In this document: positions 1-13,839 of the stretch, piece by piece
Layout of the letters: the number at the start of each line of letters is the position of its first letter
Numbering within the stretch: position 1 is the stretch's first letter
Source: Ranitomeya imitator
Lineage: Eukaryota
NCBI RefSeq assembly: GCF_032444005.1
Contig: NC_091283.1
Coordinates: 811,580,001 to 811,644,000, forward strand
Length of the DNA: 64,000 nt
Direction: 5' to 3'
The notes under the pieces: model-generated
What the model saw: only the letters and a program-made list of their open reading frames with translations
What the model was told of the DNA's origin: nothing
Database searches by the model: none
Translations under genes and position numbers: made by a program

Positions 1-16
1 TTGTGTTATGTCACAG

Positions 17-189
17 GCTCCTTGTCTTGCTCCGGTGATTCCATGACGGTTATTCTTAATCCAGATTATATTAACGGACTGGGATATAATGCCCTTGATC
101 TGACACTGATCGATCCTTCCTGTGTGGCTCAGTCAGCAAAGCCTCTAGTGTTCGAGGTGCCATTCTCAGGCTGCGGCACAGTTAAAAAG
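17..189 (+). CDS. CUZD1: CUZD1-like internal exon, start of ZP-N domain (gene begins upstream of window)
   Basis: Acceptor cacag ends at 16; donor AAG|gtgaga after 189. Encodes SLSCSGDSMTVIL...EVPFSGCGTVKK, matching recalled human CUZD1 SLTCSSDRMRVII...GCGTIRK. Phase 0 joins next exon. Confidence 0.88.
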
Positions 190-1603
190 GTGAGAAGACG
201 AGGTGTACAAGTACACAATAAGCTTATCATTTCATTTGCACTAATTAATAATCATTATTTATATTTTTGCTCTTATCATCTGTTCACAGGATCGCCAAAA
301 CCTCTAGGTTTGTTTTTTTTTAAAGGGGTCCAAAGACCCGCGTGTAAATGGAGTGGTAGTGCGCATGCATAGTCGCCATTCTCTTCAGTTTTATGGGACT
401 GATGTGCATGCGCACTACTATTCAATGCTCTCAGGGATTGCTTGGAACCTCAGTAATCATACCTGTACTCAGTCTACCCATTGGCTAGAATCTGGCCTTA
501 AAGGGATGCCCTCACCGTAGTACTTGTAGAGCACACGGCTTACCCTACCTCTCGGATTTCTACTTGGACATCGCCAAATTGTGCACTCTCTAATTCTGTA
601 AGCAGAAGCAGCTGTTCCTTGCCTGGGAAACCGACCACCTCTGATAAGACCGCATAGGTGGATGGTAATCAAGGTAAAGGGCAGTAAACTAAAAAAAACT
701 AAAAAACAAAACCCTCCCTCTATTTTTGAGAAATTAGACATTTTAATAACAAGTAAATTACAAAGATGCTTGTGTTAGTGTTGAGGACAACTCTTTAAAG
801 TGTCTATCTACTAAAAATGGCAGCAATTCAACTGCTCAATTTTGTGCTTGTTTTTACAAAACTGTTCACTCTAACATCTTGCAGAAAATCCTGTAGACTG
901 ACCAACAGTACGGTCACAATTTCCATGTTACCTTTTATCTCTTTTCTTGGTTTATGGATATGTGCAAAGAAAGTTTTTTAGAGGAATCTTAAAAAAACAC
1001 TTGAAAAGTTGCTTTAACACTAGAAAGTCTTTTCCTAATCATTATTCATCTTTTCCTAATCAGTTATTCAGTGTTTTGAGTGTTTCTTTTTCCCCCCCCC
1101 TTCCTTTTTTTGAAAAATTCCTGGTGGAAAAAAAAAAGAAATCAAAATTTTTTTTAGGTTGTTTTTGAGGAGTTACTGATGCAATCCGCTCAAATTTGGC
1201 ACTGTCTAATCAAAAGGCTGCTAAAATAAAAATTGCTTCATGGGAAAAAAAAATCTTTTCCAAAGTGCTTCAAAAAACTCTTTGAATCTGCTTCTGGAAA
1301 TGAAAAAAAAATGCTCCAAAAATTCTCCAGAATAAGGAGCATTTACTGAAGCAGTTTCTAAATTGAAAAATAAAAATTGCTTCATGGGAAAAAAAAAATC
1401 TTTTCCAAAGTGCTTCAAAAAACTCTTTGAATCTACTTCTGGAAATGAAAAAAAAATGCTCAAAAAATTCTCCAGAATAAGAATTGCCATTGTGCAAATA
1501 GGCGGAGTGTTTCTTGGAGTGACCAACAGAGTTCTGATAAAGAAACAAATTGAAAAAAAAAAATACTCAATTTCCTTCACATTTTTCGGTTCCCTTTCTC
1601 CAG

Positions 1604-1989
1604 GTTGAGGACCACCTCATTTACTACACAAATACAATCCATGGCCGTCCTGGTGGTGGAGTGATCACAAGGCACAAAGAGCTGCAGTTCATTGTGACCT
1701 GTGAGCTGGACAGCGACTCTACAGCGGAGATCATGTACATGACCACGGACGACGTCATCCACGACCAACAGGAGAGCGGGAAATATGACGTCAGCCTGGC
1801 TTTCTACCACACCCAAGACTTCAACTCTCCAGTACTGGACTCTCCTTACTTCATTGACCTTAACGACACCGTATACCTCCAAGCTTCAGTAGGAACCCAG
1901 GATCCAGACCTGACTGTATTTGTAGATACCTGCTATACATCCCCGCAGTCAACTTTCCAAGCACCCAATTATGATCTTATCAGAAACGG
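1604..1989 (+). CDS. CUZD1: CUZD1-like exon, ZP-N/ZP-C
   Basis: Polypyrimidine tract + cag at 1601-1603; donor GG|gtaaga. Encodes VEDHLIYYTNTI...VITRHKELQFIVTCE...SPYFIDLNDTVYLQ...DTCYTSP...YDLIRNG. Confidence 0.92.
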
Positions 1990-2267
1990 GTAAGAAGGGG
2001 AAACGCCAAACCCTTACAAGTTTTATTGCTCATAGATATAATTTAAAATAACAATTTGGCTATTTTTGCATTCTTTTTGGGAAACAGCTCCGCTTCTGTC
2101 TACCGGTTGAGTCTGGTATTGCAGTCCATGCCTAGTTACTTGAGTGTGATAATGATGTTATACCAGACAGAACCTATAGACAGGGGAGGCGCTGTTTCTA
2201 GGAGAAAAATTTTGTTTGCAAATGAAAAACTCCACTGACTACTTAATCTTTTTTTTTATTATTACAG

Positions 2268-2533
2268 ATGTACAAAAGACGACACTTACCACAACTTCCC
2301 TTCCGGCAGTGGATATGCCCGGTTCAGTTTCAGCGCCTTTAGGTTTCTGAATGCACACACCTCTGTGTATCTCCAGTGCCGGGTTGTAATATGTGATATT
2401 AATGATCCCGGCTCCCGCTGTAATAAGGGATGTATCACTCGTCAGCGCAGAGATCTGAACTCCAAGGTTTGGAAAACCCACGCTGTGCTCGGACCAATCC
2501 GTCTGAAGCGCCATAGTGAATCGGAAGCGTCAG
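2268..2533 (+). CDS. CUZD1: CUZD1-like exon, end of ZP-C with furin-type site RQRR and external hydrophobic patch
   Basis: Acceptor attacag ends 2267, phase 2 completes Gly; encodes CTKDDTY...RFSFSAFRFL...VYLQCRVVICD...SRCNKGCITRQRRDL...VLGPIRLKR; donor G|gtgaga. Confidence 0.92.
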
Positions 2534-3030
2534 GTGAGATACCCTACAGCAGGGGTGGGCAAACATTTCTAGCACGTGGGATACTTCTGTTTTTTACAAA
2601 CCCAAGTCACGTAATCTACCAGCAACCGATGTTGTGGAGCCTCAACCTGACTGCAGACCTCAACCTGGCTCCCAACCTCACATGATGTGGTCACATTTTT
2701 AGATACGTTATTATTGACCACAGTTTGGTTCAGACCAATGTGGTTCCCAGTTTGTCAACCTCAGATGCCCATATTGCCGATTGTACCACAGTACAGCATT
2801 AGCATCAACCAATAGTAGAATATACCCTACCACAACAATGGTTGCCAAACATGACCTTCTTCTCTTGGTAGCCCACTTCTGTCACACAGCCTGCGATATC
2901 TTTACTGTCCTCCTCACATCAAGGTTATGGCAGGTCTATGTCCGTCAACTTGTTGATACATGAACAATATTACACAAGGTTCCACAGCGTAACAACTACG
3001 ATGATCTCCTGTTTTTGGCTCTTTCGACAG

Positions 3031-3200
3031 GTTCGTTCAATGAAAAGAAGGATGAAGTTATCAAAACCGATCAAGGCAGCTTGTATGTTGTCGGGATCCC
3101 TGTTCTGGTGGTCAATGTTGCCATCTTCGCCCTGGTGCTATTGAAATATTACAGAAAGGAGCCGACCGGATACAGATACCTCCCAGTGGCCACACAATAA
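3031..3200 (+). CDS. CUZD1: CUZD1-like last coding exon, transmembrane helix and short cytoplasmic tail
   Basis: Acceptor ttcgacag ends 3030, phase 1 matches; encodes LYVVGIPVLVVNVAIFALVLL-KYYRKEPTGYRYLPVATQ, TAA 3198-3200. Tail resembles CUZD1 (YKYQKL) rather than DMBT1. Confidence 0.88.
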
Positions 3201-3260
3201 CCTATTACTCCATACATATCTGCACTTCAGTGCTTCCCCTGGAGCAGAACACCTTCTGAA

Positions 3261-3266
3261 AATAAA
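3261..3266 (+). promoter_or_regulatory. Polyadenylation signal of CUZD1-like gene
   Basis: First AATAAA, 60 nt after the stop codon. Confidence 0.6.
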
Positions 3267-5911
3267 AGCACAAAACCATGAATTCCTCTCTAATAATTTC
3301 TGGGTGGCTGAGATACTGGACCACACAGTAGTCAACTAGTTTTATTGTGTGTGAAGCGGCATTATACCTGGTATACGGAAGCATTTAAAGGAAACATCTG
3401 CATAAGGCCGGATACATATACTGTATACAAGTTTATACATGTGCAGTCCTGGATTTCCAGACTGGTCGTGGGTAATTCAACAACCTCCTAGGCATATGGA
3501 CTGTTGAGTTCAGGTCAGAAGACCCATAGCCAGTTCAATAATTGTGGTTCGTACATGGACTGTAAAACTCAGACAGGTGAAACCAGTCTATAAGAAACAC
3601 TAATAGTTAAGAAAGTTGGTTACCGCTATCCACAGGCAGTAATCACATGCGGGGAAGCACCCTGTCCGAAATAAAAGGTGCACGCCCCAGAGGTTGAGCC
3701 CTATCTCCAAAACAGAGGTTCTTCTTGCAAGTGTGCTCCTTTCCATCAGCGGTGGAACCAGTTCAAATGTTAAATCAAAAGTACCCTTGTTCGGGAGATA
3801 GATACTTGTCCCACCTCTGGGACTAGTACATATCTTTACGGCTCACCCTAGATCTGCCATAAATAGATGAGACCACACCTTTAAAGGGTTTGTCATTCTT
3901 CAACTAAGTTAGCCCATAGGCTGTTATCCTCTTGGGGTCAAGTGCGGTTTCTCTGCTGCCCCAATTTTTTTTTCCAATGCAACGGTAATGTGATGTTGAC
4001 AGCGCTGCAGCCGATCACCGAGCTCAGCAGTTGATGCCACCTGCATAGGCAGAGCAGCTGTGGAGATTAAACACTGGACCCAGTTTATGACTGAGCCTAT
4101 AGGCTACACTTTAGTGAACATTAGTTAAAGGCGGTTGAGCCTGAATCATGGAAAGAGATTCTATTCTCCAATAAACTTGGCAAAAAGCAGAAATGTTAAA
4201 CACTACAGAAAAAAAAAACTATAAGTGACCGACTTCCACATTGTCCTGCTTCAGTATTTACTAAAAAAAAAAAGACAATTCTCTGAAAATACATTTTTTT
4301 TAATCGAGTTCTCACAATACACAAGATGAACCATTGAACAAATTAATGGCTGCTACATTCGTTACTGAGCCGCCTCCGTCCACTCACAATGTTATAATTA
4401 GGATATAATTAAGACTTATGTATGTTTGGGTTGGCATGAATGATACCAAGTTAATGTGTAAAAATTAAGTGCATTCACATGTGGCAAACAAACTTTTTTT
4501 TTTTACTGCAATTTTCATGGCAAGACCACATTATTTTTGCCAACGTTTTGGAAACCTGTGGCAAAAAAGTGCGCCACAAAGAACCTGAAACCAACAACCA
4601 CTGGAGCAGTGTATATCATCTCATGACAATGGCACTCCTCATCAGTGGGAAATATTAGTCTGGAATTGATGAGTCAGTCCTCAATGCAGATGTGTTGGAA
4701 GAAAAAAAAAATTTTTTAAAGGGAAAAGTGTAAGATTCTGAGCGACAGAGCCCAAATTGCAAATTGTTTCTTCAGAGAGTAAGAGGACTAGAACTCCAGT
4801 GGCATGTCAGGCTTGGCATGTCACTCTCTGTTACCCTTTGGATCCTAGAGCCCAAATTATGATGGCTGTATGACCAGGTCCGAACATCTCCAAACAATGT
4901 CTTGTCTTAGATTTCTTAGAAGCCCAACCTGTAAGCTTAGTGTACGATCATGGGCTCATTGATACACCTGTGAAGCGAGGCTAGCCTGCCTGGCGTAATC
5001 CCACAGCCCAGAAGTGCTACTGGTGGGAAATTACTGGAAAAGGTAATGCTATGGTAGAAAGAGGTCAGAACACACAGTAGCACAGTTTGTGGCTGTGTAA
5101 CCAGGGGCCGGTCACAATGTCTAGTGCATTTCCATCTTGCACATTTAAAGTATATCTACGGGTTCTACCAATGGGACGTGAATCTATCTTGAGAACGTAG
5201 CCCATTGCAAGCAGCTTCCAGGGAGAAGTGATTGGAAAGCCCATGTAAAAGAATTTTGCCCAGTTGCCTGCCCACCTCTCCAAAGACAGAGGTGGGTATT
5301 AAGACCCCGTTTTGGAAGTCACATCGATGGGATGAAGACCTGTTGTACAATTTATGGCATGTCCTCTGATTATATGCTGCAAATGTACAAGATGGAAATA
5401 CTCTTTAAAAAATAAAATTGGTCTATGCAGCAATGGAAAAAGGTAGTCTGGTCTGATAAATCAAATTTTCAGTGGAAAGCCGGGTGAGTGTGCATGGTGG
5501 CTGTGGAAGAGATGGCACAGGATGTACTAGGAGAACTACTGGTGAAGACTGGCATTGTTCTGCTGGGAAGTCTGGAGTCCTGGACTTCAGGTGGATTTTT
5601 TTTTTACCACTACCACCATCCTAAATATTGTACAGATCAAATACATCCCTTCATGGCACTGATGTTCCGTGAATGGCAGGGGCATCTATCAGCACAGCTA
5701 TGTCTCTGTCACACGGCAAGAGTGAATCAGGAATGGTGGGAGGAACACGATGGAGATAAAGGTGATGACTTGTTTCCAAATTCTCCAGACCTCACTCTGA
5801 TAAATAAATAAAAAAAATAGCTGTTGGACGTAATGGAAAAATATATATAAATCTGATCCATGGAGACATAACACACCGGACGAGATTTAGAGGATCTATT
5901 GCTAATATGCA

Positions 5912-7941
5912 CAGTGCCTTAAAAATGAACATTTCCACAAAACACCCACAAACTTACATGTATTTTATTTTGATTTTATGTGATATACCAACACAAAGTA
6001 GCCAGTATTTGTGAAGTATAAAGAAAATGACACATGGTTTTATAATTAAGTTAAAAATATAGATCTGAAAATTGTGTTCAGCCCCCTGTAGTCTGATTCC
6101 CCTAAATACCATCCCGAGTGACTAATTGTTTCCAGAAGTCACATAATTAGTAAACTGAGTCCACTTGTGTTTGATTGATTGTTTCTCAGGATAACTACAG
6201 CTGTTCTTTGAAGGTCTCAGAAGTTTATTTGAAAACATCAGGGATCAAACAGCATCATTAAAACCAAGGAACACACCAGACAGGTCAGGGATAAAGTGAT
6301 AGAGAACAGTAAAGCAGGGGTAGGTTATAAGTAGTGAGGAACGAACGTGCTCAGATATGGTGTTATCTGGGCCTGCCTGGGTGCTGAGTGTCTTCGGCGT
6401 GCTCGAATAATATGTTCGAGTCCCCACGGCTGCATGTCTAGTGGCTGTTCTATAGCAGCATCATATATAGGGATTGTCTGTTTGTTAGGCAATCCCCTCC
6501 CCGCATGTGTTGCGGCTGTCAAACAGCCCTGAGATATGCAGCGGGGGACTCACATTTTTTTGAGCACACCAAAAACACTCGGGTAGCACCTTATCTGAAC
6601 AAGTTCACTCATCACGATTTATAAATAAAATAGCCGAAGCTCTGAACATCTTATGGAGGACTGTGCAATCCATCATCCAAAAATGGAAGGAGTATGGCAC
6701 AACTGCAAACCTACCAAAACATGGCTGTCCACCTCAACGGACATCCCAAGTAAGGAGAGCACTAATTACAGGAGCAGCCAAGAGGCCCATGGTCACTCTG
6801 GAGGCGCTGTAGAGAGCCACAGCTCAGGTGGGAGAATCTGGGAACAGGACGACTATTATGGCTCATAGTCACTTGCGAGACACTCAGATGAGTCTCGCAC
6901 GGCAATACCCGGCACTCAGGAGCGGAGTGTGCGGCTGCATAGCAATACATGCAGCCGCACGCTCCGCTCCTGAGTGTCGGGTATTGCCGTGCGAGACTCA
7001 TCCGAGTTTGTCGCAAGTGACTATGAGCCCTTAGTTATAATCTCCACAATTCTGGCCTTTATGGAAGAGTTGCAAGAAGAAAGCAATTTTTGAAAGCCAT
7101 AAGAAGTCCCGTTTCAAGTTTGCAAAAAGCCATATAGAGGACACAGCTAGCATGTGGAAGAAGGTGCTCGGGTCAATTAAGGCCAAAGTAGATCTTTTTA
7201 GGCTAAATGCAAAATGCTATGTGTGAAGGGAAACGAACACTGCACATCACCCTGAAAACACCATCCCCACTGTCACACATGGTGGTGGCAGCACCATGCC
7301 GTGGGGAGGCTTTTCTTCAGCAGGGACAGGGAAGCTGGTCAGAGTTGATGAGAAGATGGATGGAGCTAAATACAGGGCAATTGTAGAGGAAAAACCATTA
7401 AAGGCTGCAAAAGTCTTGAGACAGGAATGTAGGTTCACCTTCCAGCAGAACAGCAACCCTAAATCTAATTCCAGTACTTCAGGGCTTCAATGGATGGTTT
7501 AGATCAAAGCATACTCATGCGTGTGAACGGCCCGGTCACAGTCCAGACCTAAATCCCATTGAGAATCTGTGACAAGATGTGTAAATTGCTGTTCAGACAC
7601 CTCCATCCAATATCACTGAGTGAGAGCAAGTGTGCAAAGAAGACGGGGCAAAAAATGTCACCTAGATGTGCAAAGCTGATGAGACATACCACAACAATTT
7701 CACATTGCAGTGAAAGGTGGTCCTACAAAGTATTGACTCGGGGGGCTGAATACAAATGCACATCACAATTTTTAGATTTATATTTTAAAAACTATTTAAA
7801 AATCCTTGTATCATTTCCCCTTCACTTCACAAATACTGGCTACTGTGTGGTATAATCACAAAAAATCCCAATAACAAATATTTAAGGTTGTGGTGCAGCA
7901 TGGAAAAGTTGTAGGGGTAAGAATACTTTTTCAGGGCGCTG
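5912..7941 (+). mobile_element. Degenerate Tc1-family transposon with two nested MITEs
   Basis: CAGTG... start and ...CGCTG|TA end; transposase relics IIQKWKEYGTTANLPKHG (~6670) and TVTHGGGSTMPWGGFSSAGTGKLVRVDEKMDGAKY...FTFQQ (~7270-7450). Fold-back MITEs at ~6330-6615 and ~6857-7030. Confidence 0.75.
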
Positions 7942-10358
7942 TAGAGGTCAGATATCCCTGGAGACCTTCTCAGGTCTTGTGGATTCCAGGTATCACTGAG
8001 TTGGCGCTGTTTAGGCTGCTTTACACCTGTGAAGAAATATTAAGAAGGCAACGCCGTCACCTTGGAAAACTGTCACACATTGGTATTAGTTACTCTACTT
8101 ATCTCCTGTGATAAAACACAGATGTGACCATTCCCATCTAAATAGCAGAAAAAGTACAGACATTTTAACTCTTCAACTTATACCTGAGCGACGATAACAT
8201 GTCCAGAGCACACAAAAATAAAATGGATGCCTGTGCTAACTGTGACAATGACTGAAGTGACTGGGGGGGAGTGTAGACTTTACAGGTCATCCCCAGGGGT
8301 CAATGTGGCATAGTCTTCAGAAAAAAGAGGGTGAGGCCCTAAATCGCAGTATCAGACATGCCGGCTTCTGGAAATAGAAGTGTCGCGAATATGTTAAATA
8401 ATAAATGGCGCAGATCGCAAACTGTACAGATGGCATTATAGGTCGCTCACCATACGGTGAAGTATTGCTTAAAAAACTCTGAATGTGGAGCAAGGAAACT
8501 GCAGGAAAGACTGCTGCAGTGGTAGCAATGTGTAAGGATAGCAGAAATGGTAAATCGGCCGGGTCCACTGCACACAAGTCCTGTGAATCGCCTCCTAGCT
8601 GCCGGTGTCTGCGGCTCTTCTTTTGATAAGCCACCATGGTGCAAAGGTGTGTGTGCACCATTAAGGCTAATCAGAAGAGAAGCCATGGAGCCGGGAGGTA
8701 GAAAGAGATTTGCAAGCTCCAGTGCAACGGTTACGAGACACGGACCTGGCCGCTGGGTAAGGGTGCACCAAAAATGATGAATTCATGGCAAATTATTAGG
8801 AGTGCTTCCAAACGCAGTAATTTTCCACTTTGTGCTCCCAGGCCAAGTAAGTTTTGCAGGTCATTACAATCAGAATGCGGACACCATCTACACGGAGATC
8901 AGAACACATCGGTCAATGCAAATATTACACATTACATTATATACGGATGTAATAAAAGAAATATAGAGGGGGCACAATTTTGAGGACAGGCGACAACAAT
9001 AACAGTTTTAATAGAACGTTCGATTCTTTCACTGAATTAATTTGAACAATTAAAATCACAATAGCAATTTTAACAAAGGAACTGAAGACGTGTATGAATT
9101 ACCAAGAAGAAAAACCACATGCCTTCACTGACAACATGTCACATCAGCTGGTACGTAACGTTTCTTCTGCCAGTCCTGTGTAACCTGAAACATTTCTTCT
9201 CCGCTCCTATCCGAAGCCAAATTCCTAATTCTGCTGAAAAGATGGAAACAGAGCTCTGCAGACTGGTGACAGTAAGTTGGAAGGAGGGATGCAGGAGAAA
9301 TAACTAAGGATCGCAGTGAAATCAGTAAAACAAAGTATTTGCAAAGTTACACAAAGCAGAAAGGTTAAAACTAAAGGATTTTTCCCATTACAGTCAGGGT
9401 ATGTCATAACTTGCTGACAAAGGGGTTAATGCTGTAACCCTTTGTTGGAGTCGCTCAGATTACCAAATTATGGGCTATGACAAAAATTACAATTCCCTTT
9501 AATTCCGATTCAGTAGAGAATATATTACCATCCAGATAAGCAGCACCTAAGAAAATACCACACCATCTATAACCAAAATACTTGCAAATCAGCAAGGGAG
9601 ACTCCACAGCTGACGCGCTGGTAGTGAGTAATGTAATGTATACAGAACATAAGGGTGTGAGCTCCTCCGCAACCATTTTTGTGCTGTCCCAATACATCAA
9701 AAATGAAAAAGAGAACAACTTTACAATAGTTCTCCAAGGATTATTCCCATTTGTTCAAGATACCTGCATGATAATCGCTGAGTGCTAAGATATCTATGGA
9801 TCCAGAGAACTGCCCCCATGGAGCAAACGTCACTCCATTTACTGTCAATGGATGTCAACGGATGGGAATAGGCGATAATTTGGCCAATTGGGAATAACCC
9901 TTCAATTAAACATTTCCTATCATTTGGCGTCTACAGCTCATATGCAGACTGATGTGCGTCTATGGTAGAAGACCACAAATTCTGTGCAGAGTAATACTGC
10001 AGCCTCGTACTTCTGACTAACAGACAATTGCCAGCATGGAATACGATTTCAGGCTCAGACTACACAGAGATTGTTTGTTGTCTGTTACCATGGCAATGCA
10101 TCGCTCCGCGTAGTAACTGCAGAAAGAAAATTGATAAGAAATTTTAAAAACCTACTGCAAAGTTTCTTTATTCATTTTATAAAATGTTTTTGATGATGTA
10201 TGTTGGCTTTGGCGTCACGTTTGGATCTGTAGGTTATATTCCTTCCAAGTGAGGAAAACCGTTCGTGTCGAGAACCCAACGGTAACTGATGTGGAAAACC
10301 TAGAGACCACTAAAGTGTTCATGCAAGGAGTCGGAGAGAAGGATGGACATGTCACTAG

Positions 10359-10611
10359 CTAATCCATGGACAAGTCATCGTAGTCATAGTCTTGCTGATG
10401 ACAGTGTTCACTTTGGCCATTGACTAGCTTTTCAGTTGAGTTTTGGGATAATGAATTGCTTTGCATTAGATTTATTAATCGGTCCAGCCTGGTATCTAGA
10501 TGCTCCTGTAAACTTCTCATCCTCTTATCAATATGTGCCAAAAGTGTCCTCTCCACGCGCTCCATGTGTACGGACAGAAGCTTCTCTAACGCCGGATCCA
10601 TCTTTTCTTCT
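10359..10611 (-). CDS. PAAT: PAAT/C10orf88 last coding exon
   Basis: Acceptor tattgcag (AG 10613-10612), phase 2 matches; LEKLLSVHMERVERTLLAHIDKRMRSLQEHLDTRLDRLINL aligns to recalled human LEKILSKNMELMEKKLMDYIDQRIHELQEHIDDKI; TAG at 10361-10359. Confidence 0.88.
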
Positions 10612-11440
10612 CTGCAATAAAACACACAGACTTTAGCTAGATGCAAATGTCCTTCCGTTATTTATTATATTTTTTTTCCTTTTTGTGTTATTACTTTGTA
10701 TACTTTCCTTCTGACCATGAATCTGCAGTACGGCCAGCTTTGCACACTATTCTTTCATACAGTTCTTAGTGCACTAAACACAATAAAGGTCCAAATCCGC
10801 CGAATACAGACCAATATCTCTTACTATGAATGTAATTGACTCTGTGCGACAAGGTTGGGACGGCATTCTTAGCCTGTGAACGGAAACATTAAATGGGTTG
10901 TCCAGGCTTGGGACTCTGACTGTACTCTTATGAATACACACATTGCGCGCCGCCAGGATTCTCCGATGCCAGGAGCGGGCGGGTTTGTGACTGCAAGTAT
11001 GCAATTTCACACTTCTGGCCACATTCTGACTAGACATGTCCAGCCTTGCTCAATTCACTTATACTGAGCGAGGCCGTGCACGTCTAGTCGGCATGTGACC
11101 GCATGTATGCAAATTACATACGTTCAGTCGCACACCCACGCGCTCCCAGCACCAGAGAATCCTAACAGCATGCTGCAATGATTTACAGGTCTGCAGACAC
11201 ATAGGGTGAGACCCAAGCCTAGACAACCCTTTAAAATGCTTCTATTCACTGACCGTAAGCAGTCACCCTATAAGAAAACAAAACAGAAAACCTACTTGTA
11301 GAGTTGAGCCTAAAAGTTTGCAAGACACTGGTTTAGCATTCATATGGGTACTCCATGGCAGCCGAACCAGAGCCCTGCAAACTTCCTTTGCAGTCATATA
11401 GGATTATGTCATGTATAGGGCAACAGCAGAGGATACTTAC

Positions 11441-11763
11441 TTTAGTGCTGAGGATGGTTCTTGTCTGTTTTGTCCACATAAATTACGCAGGAGAGGCACC
11501 AAAGCGTCAGGACCCTGAGGACTGGCAGCCGAGCCTACAGTCGTTTGCAGTAGTGAAGACATAACGGACTTCATAGGATTCTCAGGACTTGTTTGTTGAA
11601 CGGAGGAGTGAGACGCAGACTCCTGACCTTGGTTTTCCACTTTTGTATCAGGAGTCGTGCTGGCGTTATGCTTATGTTGTCTGGCCTCCTCCCTGATCTG
11701 GTCTCTGCCATGCTGGAAACTGCCAAAGAGCTGCATTAACTGAGCCCCAAAAGGTGCCTGATG
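11441..11763 (-). CDS. PAAT: PAAT/C10orf88 exon 4
   Basis: Acceptor cttccttgcag, donor AA|gtaagt; HQAPFGAQL...DALVPLLRNLCGQ matches recalled human SELLPFLQNLCSQ; phases 0/2 consistent with neighbours. Confidence 0.85.
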
Positions 11764-12401
11764 CTGCAAGGAAGCAAAGAAAGAGGATTAGTGATAGCTG
11801 CAGACCAAAATCCATAGAAAACAGAAGATTCCGCTATTAATGAAAACATAGCAGAAGTGTATCCTAATGGGTCTGCCCACGTATAGGGAGTACAGATCTT
11901 GCAGGTTTGCACCACTGCATGTAAGAATTCAGTCCTCCAGAATGAGCTACAAGGGAAAGATAGTTACCTTTAACTAAAGAGATAATTTTCCTTTAAAGGG
12001 AGCTTATCTTCAGTTAAAGGGATTGTCCAATTTACATGAAAGTCTCTCTAAAGGCAAAAAAGTACAGTGTATGGAAAAAAAATAAAAAATAAAAGAACAT
12101 TCACCAGTCCAGTCACATGGCAGTCCGGAAGTCTCAGCTTGGATCGGAAACAGTGACGTTCCTCAGTTACCCGACTACTCAAGCATGTGACTGGCTGCAG
12201 CGGTCAGGTGCAAGTACATCATTTGATACATATCCCGTTACAGTCACCTGACCGATGCAGCCAATCACAGGACCACAGAGATCCGGTGACTGAATGAAGA
12301 GATATTATTGATACCAAGAGTGGCCTGCACTTGGGCGATGGGGGGAATCAAGTATTTGTTATTGAATACCAATATATGGCTTTGCAGAAACTTTTATTTA
12401 A

Positions 12402-13096
12402 AGGGAACCTGTCACCCCGTTTTTTCAGATTGAGATAAAAATACTGTTAAATAGGGCCTGCGCTGTGCGTTACTATAGTGTATGTAGTGTACCCCGATTC
12501 CCCACCTATGCTGAGAAATACATTACCAAAGTCGCCGTTTTCGCCTGTCAATCAGGCTGGTCAGGTCGGCGTGGTGACATCGCTGTTTCTTCCCCAGCTT
12601 TCCGTTGGTGGCGTAGTGGTGTGCGCATGTCCAAGTGCCAAATCCACTGCGCGCAGGTGAAGAAAAAGCGCGCGATCTGCGCTATTACCCTTGTCATCGG
12701 TGGGGGCGGCCATCTTCCTGAGGCCGCGCGTGCGCAGATAGAGTGCTCTGCTGCACGGGGCTTCAGGAAAATGGCCGCGGGATGCCGCGCGTGCGCAGAT
12801 GGAGATCGCAGCGGCCATTTTCCTGAAGCCGAGATGCAAACCTGCGCGCAGTGGATTCGGCACTTGGACATGCGCACACCACTACGCCACCAACGGAAAG
12901 CTGGGGAAGAAACAGAGATGTCACCACGCCCCCCTGACCAGCCTGATTGACAGGCGAAAACGGCGACTTTGGTAATTTATTTCGCAGCATAGGTGGGGAA
13001 TCGGGGTACACTACATACACTATTGTAATGCACAGCGCAGGCCCTATTTAACAGTATTTTTATCTCAATCTGAAAAAACGGGGTGACAGGTTCCCT
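12402..13096. mobile_element. Palindromic T2/Kolobok-type MITE nested inside another TTAA MITE (~12018-13114)
   Basis: TTAA|AGGGAACCTGTCA...TGACAGGTTCCCT|TTAA; whole 695 bp is a near-perfect inverted repeat, explaining the mirrored ORFs here. Outer element has AGGGATTGTCCAA/TTGGACAATCCCT ends. Confidence 0.85.
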
Positions 13097-13665
13097 TTAA
13101 GTTGGACAATCCCTTTAATGACAGTGTATGGAGCTGTGAGGACCCGGGCCGATCACCAATGAAGCTTGTAGCAGCTGATTGGCGGCGGCGCCAGGTGTTG
13201 AATCAGCATCGATCCGATATCAAAGTTGTAGACAGCCCCTTTAACAAGAGTATCCCTCCTGGCTGCTTAGATACAAAAGTATCACATAACCTGATCAACA
13301 GCACCTGTACAAGAAAAGATGATAAAGTGAGAGGGTGATCCAGCTCTGAGCTATACCTGTAGTGGACAGTGTGTAGTTCCAAACGCTCCAAAACCGTGCA
13401 CTTGTGTCCCCTGACTACAATACAACATATTATAGGACTATAGCAACGTCAGCGAGAAAAAGGTGAAGAAATACCGGTCCTGGGTGTCAACTGGGCAGAG
13501 ATTTATACACAGGGAGAAAATACAGAAAGTTTCTATCGCATGACAACAAGCAGAGATCCTGAAAACCATGAAGACTGACTGCAGACAGAATACTGGAGTA
13601 TTGTAGAACACTTAATAACAGAACGAATTACATTTATTTACATCTAATATATAAAGGTGTGTGTG

Positions 13666-13839
13666 NNNNNNNNNNNNNNNNNNNNNNNNNNNNNNNNNNN
13701 NNNNNNNNNNNNNNNNNNNNNNNNNNNNNNNNNNNNNNNNNNNNNNNNNNNNNNNNNNNNNNNNNNNNNNNNNNNNNNNNNNNNNNNNNNNNNNNNNNNN
13801 NNNNNNNNNNNNNNNNNNNNNNNNNNNNNNNNNNNNNNN
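13666..13839. other. Assembly gap (174 N) next to a (TG)n tract
   Basis: Run of n characters. Confidence 1.

Noticed and set aside
1223-1481. ~144-bp period tandem duplication in a CUZD1 intron with Lys/Phe-rich ORFs
   Set aside because: Low-complexity intronic repeat, not coding.
4800-5290. Faint similarity to DIRS reverse transcriptase N-terminus on the minus strand
   Set aside because: Too degenerate to support by eye; needs an HMM or RepeatMasker search.
7950-9800. Short hydrophobic ORFs and splice-like sites between CUZD1 and PAAT
   Set aside because: No consistent exon chain or recognisable family (receptor and env-like readings considered, not supported).
12465-13020. Mirror-image ORFs on both strands
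   Set aside because: Caused by a palindromic MITE.
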